Source: Octopus bimaculoides
Taxonomy: Eukaryota
Direction of reading: 5' to 3'
Assembly (NCBI RefSeq): GCF_001194135.2
Contig: NC_068983.1
Coordinates: 102,443,855 to 102,496,490 of the forward strand
DNA length: 52,636 bases
Position 1 is the stretch's first letter; every line of letters begins with the position of its first letter. Made by a program: the position numbers and the translations under genes. The notes below the pieces were generated by a model, which made no database searches, was not told the DNA's origin, and worked only from the letters and a program-made list of their open reading frames with translations. This document shows positions 45,541 through 52,636 of this stretch, one piece after another.

Positions 45541-45949
45541 ACTTTGAACACAAAAGAGTACAATAGCAAGGCATGTTTTTCACAGAAGATTGCAAAGAAC
45601 AGCACCACTTGTGTGATGGTGAAACCTGTTTACAGTTAATAGTTAATGTCAAGAGGCAAAGTCATATGAACACACAAACACACACTCACTCACACATGTA
45701 TGCCCCCTATGCACACATGAAGGTATATATAGTCAGTCAGAAAATATCAGTGCAAATATGGAATGGATTGTCACAAAGTTTGTACTCAGAGATCATATTC
45801 TTAAGCTCCAACTTCATTAGGTGTTATATCAACCATCCACTGATCCTTTGAAACAGCTGTAAATATGCATTTTTTATATAAATACATTCCCTATGCCTAT
45901 GATTGTTTGTCCATCATTCTTTGTTTGTATATATATTGTTTGTATATAT

Positions 45950-46465
45950 GTTGTTTGGCATGGGATCAGACAGCTGTCACTGGGATCGACCACGCTTGAA
46001 TGGTGCTTTTTATGTGCCATCGGCATGGGAGTCAGTCAGACAGCACTAGCAACGATCATGCTCGAATGGTGCTTTTTACATGCCATCAGCATGGGTCCAG
46101 TCAGGCAGCACTGGCATTGACTACGCTCGAGTGGTGCTTTTTACATGCCACCGGCATGAGTGCCAATCAGGCAGTACTGTGATCAGCCATGACAATGACT
46201 TCACTTGACTCAACATGTCTTTGCAAGTGCAGTTTATAAAGGGTACTCTTAAATGGGCCAGTTATGCTGCAATGGCATAGGCCACAATTACAGTCTCACT
46301 TGGCTTGCTGGATTTTCTCAAGCACAACATATCTCCAAAGGTCTCTTTCACTTGCCATCGTCTCCATGAGGCCCAACGTTCAAAGGTCATGCTTCATCAC
46401 CTCATCCCAGGTCTTCCTGGGTCTACCTCTTCTACAGGTTCCCTCTACTGCTAGGGTGTGGCACA
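45950..46465 (-). mobile_element. RTE LINE 3' end with three tandem units of about 65 bp in the 3' UTR
   Basis: Minus strand reads CHTLAVEGTCRRGRPRKTWDEVMKHDL. Tandem CAYGCTCGARTGGTGCTTTTTAYRTGCCAY units at about 45990-46180. Confidence 0.85.
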
Positions 46466-46504
46466 CACACACACACACATGGAGGAAGCACTCCATTGGT
46501 TATG

Positions 46505-46740
46505 ACAACGAGGCTCCCAGCTGATACGATCAATGGAAAAGCTTGCTCACAAAATTAACATGGAAGTGACTGAGCACTCCACAGACACACATACCCTTAG
46601 CATAGCTCTCAGGGAGATTCAACGTGAACATACCCTTAACATAGCTCTCAGGGAGATTCAAAATGACATAGCGTGGACAAGGCTGGCCCTTTGAAATACA
46701 GGTACTACTCATTTTTGCCAGCTCAGTGAACTAGAGCATA
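46505..46740 (-). mobile_element. V-domain-like SINE, 3' portion, with an internal tandem duplication of about 38 bp
   Basis: Shares its tail with 31138 and 9745. CATACCCTTARCATAGCTCTCAGGGAGATTCAA occurs twice. Confidence 0.7.
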
Positions 46741-46744
46741 TATA

Positions 46745-47237
46745 TAGTGATTTTCTTTTGCTTTTTCTGACAAATTTACCTTTCTTCATCATATAAGATT
46801 TATATCCGATGTCTTCGTCGACAACATTTCTGACTAATCCCTCTGACACATGAAGATCTTTTGCAATTGACCTCATGGACTTTCTGGGATTGTAATCAAT
46901 AGTCTTTTGAACTTGCTGGATAAATTCAAGTGTTCCGATGATTTCAGAGCATTTAGAATGCTTTTTATGCTTTGATACTGGTGACATGTCTCCATATTCA
47001 GTCTCTAACTCCTTACAAACTTTGTAGATGAAAGATCTGGCAACTTTTAAATATCGAGATATTTCTAAATCACTATGCTCAGCCTTTATAACCACAATAA
47101 CAGTATGCCTTTTCATTTCTTGAGTAAGTTGAATGTCTGTAATTATTATTTTCTGAAACAAAGATTATACAGAGTTATCAAAAAAATGCAGCAATGACCC
47201 CAAAAAAGGTATGTCCTCAAATACCTTACACATCCTG
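46745..47237 (-). mobile_element. Tc1/mariner-superfamily 5' fragment with transposase N-terminus
   Basis: Terminus TA|CAGGATGTGTAAGGTATTTGAGGACA. ORF MKRHTVIVVIKAEHSDLEISRYLKVARSFIYKV...NPRKSMRSIAKDLHVSEGLVRNVV (two HTH-like regions). Confidence 0.85.
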
Positions 47238-47243
47238 TATATA

Positions 47244-47780
47244 TTGGGTCATCCCATAAATAATATGGTTTTTTTTATACTTCTTTAATTTTTTGAAAAT
47301 AAAGATAAACAAAGTTCTTTTTTAATCTAAAATATATTCTCCTTCATTTTTTACAATGCTCTTCCATCTATCTGGTAGACTTGCAAGGCCCCTCTTCCAA
47401 AATTCACTTGTCCATGAGGAAAAATACTCCACCAGTACTGTTCTGGCCTCGTCTACAGAATTCATAGTTTCCACTGGCTTACGCTTATTGCCAAATCCCC
47501 ATATACTGTATTAATATTCCTCCCACTTTCTGTTATGTTGTCTTTATTAAGCTCATAAAGCAAAATATGCTGAATATGCTCCTTTGTCACTTCCATTATA
47601 GCTTTGAAAAAATAACTATTAAAATCAAACCACGATCTTCAAAACTTGTACTAAGAATAAGTACATGGTAAAATTACTACCTGCTTTTATAGCAAGTTGA
47701 TGCAGGTAGTTTATCTCATCCCCCTCCGACTTTTAGTTCATGCAATTGAAAAAAACCATATTATCTATGGGATGACCTAA
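47244..47780 (-). mobile_element. Internally deleted mariner (537 bp)
   Basis: TIRs TTGGGTCATCCCATAAATAATATGGTTTTT / TTAGGTCATCCCATAGATAATATGGTTTTT with TA flanks. Minus-strand MEVTKEHIQHILLYE N-terminus is joined to a FWKRGLASLPDRWKSIVKNEGEYILD* C-terminus. Confidence 0.9.
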
Positions 47781-48057
47781 TATATATATATATATANNNN
47801 NNNNNNNNNNNNNNNNNNNNNNNNNNNNNNNNNNNNNNNNNNNNNNNNNNNNNNNNNNNNNNNNNNNNNNNNNNNNNNNNNNNNNNNNNNNNNNNNNNNN
47901 NNNNNNNNNNNNNNNNNNNNNNNNNNNNNNNNNNNNNNNNNNNNNNNNNNNNNNNNNNNNNNNNNNNNNNNNNNNNNNNNNNNNNNNNNNNNNNNNNNNN
48001 NNNNNNNNNNNNNNNNNNNNNNNNNNNNNNNNNNNNNNNNNNNNNNNNNNNNNNNNN

Positions 48058-48090
<33 letters not shown>

Positions 48091-49222
48091 TTGTGTGTGT
48101 GTACAGTAGGCTTCTTTCAGTTTCTGTACAAAGAATTCTGCCATAAAACAGCAAATTGGTCATGGAAAATATATTAAATGCATGCACACAGACACACACG
48201 TATATATACTGATATATACTGTAAAATTCAGCATACACATGTATGTATATATATGAGTGTGCATTTCAAAGTATATTTATGTACAGTTTGCCTCTCCTAT
48301 TCTCTCTCTCTCTATATATATAATATGCATATGTGTGTGTGAGTGTGTGCGTGCGTACATGTGCGTGTGTACACCCATTTGTGTTTATTTCTATGTATGT
48401 ATGCCAAAACAGGTGTGTTTTATGACTTGTCATGTTTATACCTGATCGACTCGTTTTTTTTTGTTATGCTGTCATGGGAAAAGCAATTTGATAAAATTGT
48501 AACATTCATGAAAGTCTAACTTTCCTCTGCAAATGTTTTGGGATTTACTTGACTCCCTATAAAAGTTCATTCCTGACAAATACAAGTTCTGGGTATTAGT
48601 TCCACTAGACCAGTCTGTTTTTGAAGCAATCATCTAGGAATTCTGCAGATTCTTTAAATCACCAGCTGTTTTCTACCCTTGCCTAACGACTTTGTTAATT
48701 ACGTTGGTAAAAACTATCTTTATATTTGCTTATATTCTCATGCTATTTTTACTTTGTTATTTTATTTTTCTCTCTATCTCTTGTTATTTTACTTACATTA
48801 ATTATGGTGAACCCTTTTTAATTTCTAACACATTATCTTAACTGATATGGGTGTGTTTATTTGTGAAGAAAATTTTCTCTAACACAACAGAGGCATGGAC
48901 TATCTTTACTCTTATATGTATCTTTTACTGACCAAATAAATATAATTTTGTCCAGTTCTGACCTCCCGCACATTGTATATGTAAAGCTGATGTAACAATG
49001 ACGTTCTGTTTATCTGATAAGCTAGCTTTTTTTTATTTATATTAATTTGTGAATATACACTCATGCAATATGATGCCTAGCACATGTATTAAAGCTGACA
49101 TATTTTCTTGTATACTGAAATTAATAGTACATGAAAAAGTTTACAAAATGACCAAAATCTTATGAAAATCACTGGTTAAATTTCAACTCTAATACTTCCT
49201 CACGCAGACACACACACTTGTA

Positions 49223-49425
49223 TGACGTCTGATCAATAAGTATCCGGACTGTTGCCATAGTAATGAAGCTAAAACATGCAGAGTAAAGCTGCTTGGCGAA
49301 GATTGACATTGAACTCTGCTGTGCATGTGCACTAAGTTTTAATGTTCTAGCTCACTTCTGCTATTTACAGCAGTGCTTGGCAGGAAGGTGTGTAGCATGT
49401 GGTCATCACATTGACCAAGACAGAG
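49223..49425 (+). mobile_element. mariner-like left end
   Basis: TA|TGACGTCTGATCAATAAGTATCCGGACT, a mariner-type terminus. No right end is seen. Confidence 0.55.
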
Positions 49426-49426
49426 A

Positions 49427-49566
49427 TGCATATGGATGAGGGTGACTGTGTAGAGCATACCACCAAAGGTCTCGGTCACTAGTTATTACCTCTGTGAGGC
49501 TCAAAGTTCAGAAATCATGCTTCACCACTTCGTCCCATGTCTTCCCAGGTCTATCTCTACCACAGG
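49427..49566. mobile_element. Two short RTE fragments in opposite orientations
   Basis: The + strand reads MHMDEGDCV (49427-49456). The minus strand reads TCGRDRPGKTWDEVVKHDF*TLSLTEVITSDRDLW (49465-49566). Confidence 0.7.
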
Positions 49567-49594
49567 ATATTTTATATATTCCTTCATCAGAGAC
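49563..49594 (-). ncRNA. Truncated hammerhead (5' half), same type as 11885-11932
   Basis: Minus strand GTCT CTGATGA AGGAATAT ATAAA ATATCCT G, followed by RTE sequence where AAAC..GTA would be expected. Confidence 0.45.
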
Positions 49595-50465
49595 AGTGTG
49601 AGAAAATGTTTAAGTAATAGTTATTATTGAGAAGATACGAAATACAGAGTGAAGTGGATGAATGAAAACAGATGTGAGATATGTAAGGATATTGTATTTG
49701 CAGTACCATTATTTAAGCAGAATGGTTTATATATAAGTTTCCTGTACCTTATATATATGTATATATANNNNNNNNNNNNNNNNNNNNNNNNNNNNNNNNN
49801 NNNNNNNNNNNNNNNNNNNNNNNNNNNNNNNNNNNNNNNNNNNNNNNNNNNNNNNNNNNNNNNNNNNNNNNNNNNNNNNNNNNNNNNNNNNNNNNNNNNN
49901 NNNNNNNNNNNNNNNNNNNNNNNNNNNNNNNNNNNNNNNNNNNNNNNNNNNNNNNNNNNNNNNNNNNNNNNNNNNNNNNNNNNNNNNNNNNNNNNNNNNN
50001 NNNNNNNNNNNNNNNNNNNNNNNNNNNNNNNNNNNNNNNNNNNNNNNNNNNNNNNNNNNNNNNNNNNNNNNNNNNNNNNNNNNNNNNNNNNNNNNNNNNN
50101 NNNNNNNNNNNNNNNNNNNNNNNNNNNNNNNNNNNNNNNNNNNNNNNNNNNNNNNNNNNNNNNNNNNNNNNNNNNNNNNNNNNNNNNNNNNNNNNNNNNN
50201 NNNNNNNNNNNNNNNNNNNNNNNNNNNNNNNNNNNNNNNNNNNNNNNNNNNNNNNNNNNNNNNNNNNNNNNNNNNNNNNNNNNNNNNNNNNNNNNNNNNN
50301 NNNNNNNNNNNNNNNNNNNNNNNNNNNNNNNNNNNNNNNNNNNNNNNNNNNNNNNNNNNNNNNNNNNNNNNNNNNNNNNNNNNNNNNNNNNNNNNNNNNN
50401 NNNNNNNNNNNNNNNNNNNNNNNNNNNNNNNNNNNNNNNNNNNNNNNNNNNNNNNNNNNNNNNNN

Positions 50466-50516
<51 letters not shown>

Positions 50517-50628
50517 CACATACATATATATAAGAGGGATGACCACTAGGTGGACATCCAATATGGTAAATGTAGACCCCATGGACTGACCACTAAGAAA
50601 AAATTGTTTTCAATTATATATATGTATA

Positions 50629-50654
50629 TCTATATATATATATAAAGTTGAGAA

Positions 50655-50703
<49 letters not shown>

Positions 50704-52236
50704 CTGTCTGTGTGAATCCTTAGAACTCCAGAACTACACAACCAATTTCATTCAAATTTTACACATGCCTTACTTAGGGTCCCGGTTGTGTTTTAGTCAA
50801 AAAAAATTCTAACTTCTTGCATAATTCCAGCCCACATCAACATCATATCTCCTCCACTATTNNNNNNNNNNNNNNNNNNNNNNNNNNNNNNNNNNNNNNN
50901 NNNNNNNNNNNNNNNNNNNNNNNNNNNNNNNNNNNNNNNNNNNNNNNNNNNNNNNNNNNNNNNNNNNNNNNNNNNNNNNNNNNNNNNNNNNNNNNNNNNN
51001 NNNNNNNNNNNNNNNNNNNNNNNNNNNNNNNNNNNNNNNNNNNNNNNNNNNNNNNNNNNNNNNNNNNNNNNNNNNNNNNNNNNNNNNNNNNNNNNNNNNN
51101 NNNNNNNNNNNNNNNNNNNNNNNNNNNNNNNNNNNNNNNNNNNNNNNNNNNNNNNNNNNNNNNNNNNNNNNNNNNNNNNNNNNNNNNNNNNNNNNNNNNN
51201 NNNNNNNNNNNNNNNNNNNNNNNNNNNNNNNNNNNNNNNNNNNNNNNNNNNNNNNNNNNNNNNNNNNNNNNNNNNNNNNNNNNNNNNNNNNNNNNNNNNN
51301 NNNNNNNNNNNNNNNNNNNNNNNNNNNNNNNNNNNNNNNNNNNNNNNNNNNNNNNNNNNNNNNNNNNNNNNNNNNNNNNNNNNNNNNNNNNNNNNNNNNN
51401 NNNNNNNNNNNNNNNNNNNNNNNNNNNNNNNNNNNNNNNNNNNNNNNNNNNNNNNNNNNNNNNNNNNNNNNNNNNNNNNNNNNNNNNNNNNNNNNNNNNN
51501 NNNNNNNNNNNNNNNNNNNNNNNNNNNNNNNNNNNNNNNNNNNNNNNNNNNNNNNNNNNNNNNNNNNNNNNNNNNNNNNNNNNNNNNNNNNNNNNNNNNN
51601 NNNNNNNNNNNNNNNNNNNNNNNNNNNNNNNNNNNNNNNNNNNNNNNNNNNNNNNNNNNNNNNNNNNNNNNNNNNNNNNNNNNNNNNNNNNNNNNNNNNN
51701 NNNNNNNNNNNNNNNNNNNNNNNNNNNNNNNNNNNNNNNNNNNNNNNNNNNNNNNNNNNNNNNNNNNNNNNNNNNNNNNNNNNNNNNNNNNNNNNNNNNN
51801 NNNNNNNNNNNNNNNNNNNNNNNNNNNNNNNNNNNNNNNNNNTTCCAATCAACAAGGTGCAGGGACAATCAGTGCAAGCGGTTGGTTTGAATCTGACAGA
51901 GCAAGTATTCTCACATGCACAACTGTACGTTGGCTGTCCCCATGGTCTTTCTATTTGTGCACCCGAGGGAAGGACGAAGAATGTTGTCTACCAAGAGGCA
52001 CTCCAATGATAACAACGGCAACTTCTACTGCTCCAATTTCAACTCCGCAATTTTTTCATCGTCCTGCCAGCCCACGTAAGTCCAGTCTTGCTTTGCTCTC
52101 CTTACTAACTCACCATGACATTCTACCAAGATCCATCACCCAAACACCACTTCGTATCCACTTCTTCCTATTTTTTATGTCTTTGTTTCTCTCTTCGCGT
52201 CGTTCTCTGACCGGGTGAAACCGGGCTTAGCTGCTA

Positions 52237-52237
<1 letters not shown>
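50629..52237 (+). mobile_element. Helitron, non-autonomous, both termini present (central part in a gap)
   Basis: 5' end A|TCTATATATATATATAAAG. 3' end has a hairpin CCGG-GTGAAA-CCGG (52211-52224) and CTAG|T (52234-52237). Contains a helicase C-terminal relic. Confidence 0.75.
51848..52009 (+). pseudogene. Helitron RepHel PIF1-like helicase C-terminal fragment
   Basis: A single frame reads INKVQGQSVQAVGLNLTEQVFSHAQLYVGCPHGLSICAPEGRTKNVVYQEALQ*. This matches the TINKSQGQSL..VFSHGQLYVA and TKNVVY motifs. Confidence 0.9.
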
Positions 52238-52270
<33 letters not shown>

Positions 52271-52394
52271 CTTAATCATATATGTATGTATATGTATGTA
52301 TATATTTGTGTATATGTATGTATATATATATGTATATATGTATATGTATGTATATATTTGTGTGTGTGTGTGTATGTGTGTGTGTGTGCGCGTG

Positions 52395-52600
52395 TGTGTG
52401 TTTGTCCCCCTGCCATTGCTTGACAACTGATGCTGGTGTGTTTATGTCACCATAACTTAGCAGTTCAGCAAAAGAGACTGATAGAATAAGTACTAGGCTT
52501 ACAAAGAATAAGTCCTGGAGTCAATTTCTTCGGCTATAACCCTTTAAGGTAGCGCTCCAGCATGGCCACAGTGAAATAACTGAAACAAGTAAAAGAATAT
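52395..52600 (+). mobile_element. SINE family B, 3' half
   Basis: TTTGTCCCCC..TTGACAACTGATGCTGGTGTGTTTATG..GAATAAGTACTAGGCTTACAAAGAATAAG..CTGAAACAAGTAAAAGAA. Confidence 0.88.
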
Positions 52601-52636
52601 ATATATATATAAATATATATATATAAATATATATAT

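Noticed and set aside
45838-45865. CTGATCCTTTGAAACAGCTGTA as a hammerhead
   Set aside because: It has a palindromic GAAACAGCUGUA but lacks G8/A9, stem II and stem I. At best it is an unrecognisable remnant.
45990-46180. CRISPR-like repeat/spacer array
   Set aside because: The whole unit of about 65 bp is repeated with no unique spacers, it lies in an RTE 3' UTR, and the context is eukaryotic with no cas genes.

Overview
This is AT-rich eukaryotic genomic DNA from a gapped draft assembly. It is dominated by microsatellites and transposon relics, and the SINE families resemble those of Octopus (inference). There is no intact protein-coding gene, rRNA, tRNA or CRISPR array. Almost all ORFs in the supplied track are artefacts of microsatellites or N-gaps. 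Identifiable content: at least four tRNA-derived SINE families; many RTE-clade LINE fragments; Penelope-like element (PLE) fragments (GIY-YIG endonuclease and RT C-terminus); a full-length decayed mariner plus several Tc1/mariner fragments; hAT and 9-bp-TSD MITEs; a probable solo LTR; a Helitron with both termini; and a few weakly supported host exons on the + strand. The most interesting signal is a set of type I hammerhead-ribozyme (HHR)-like folds, mostly beside (TA)n tracts and PLE fragments. One sits in both arms of a 291-bp palindrome and has a G3-C8 swapped catalytic core. Also notable are a probable exon copied into an RTE relic and a MITE carrying a head-to-head telomeric-repeat palindrome. 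All alignments and folds were done by eye, and the boundaries of degenerate repeats are approximate.
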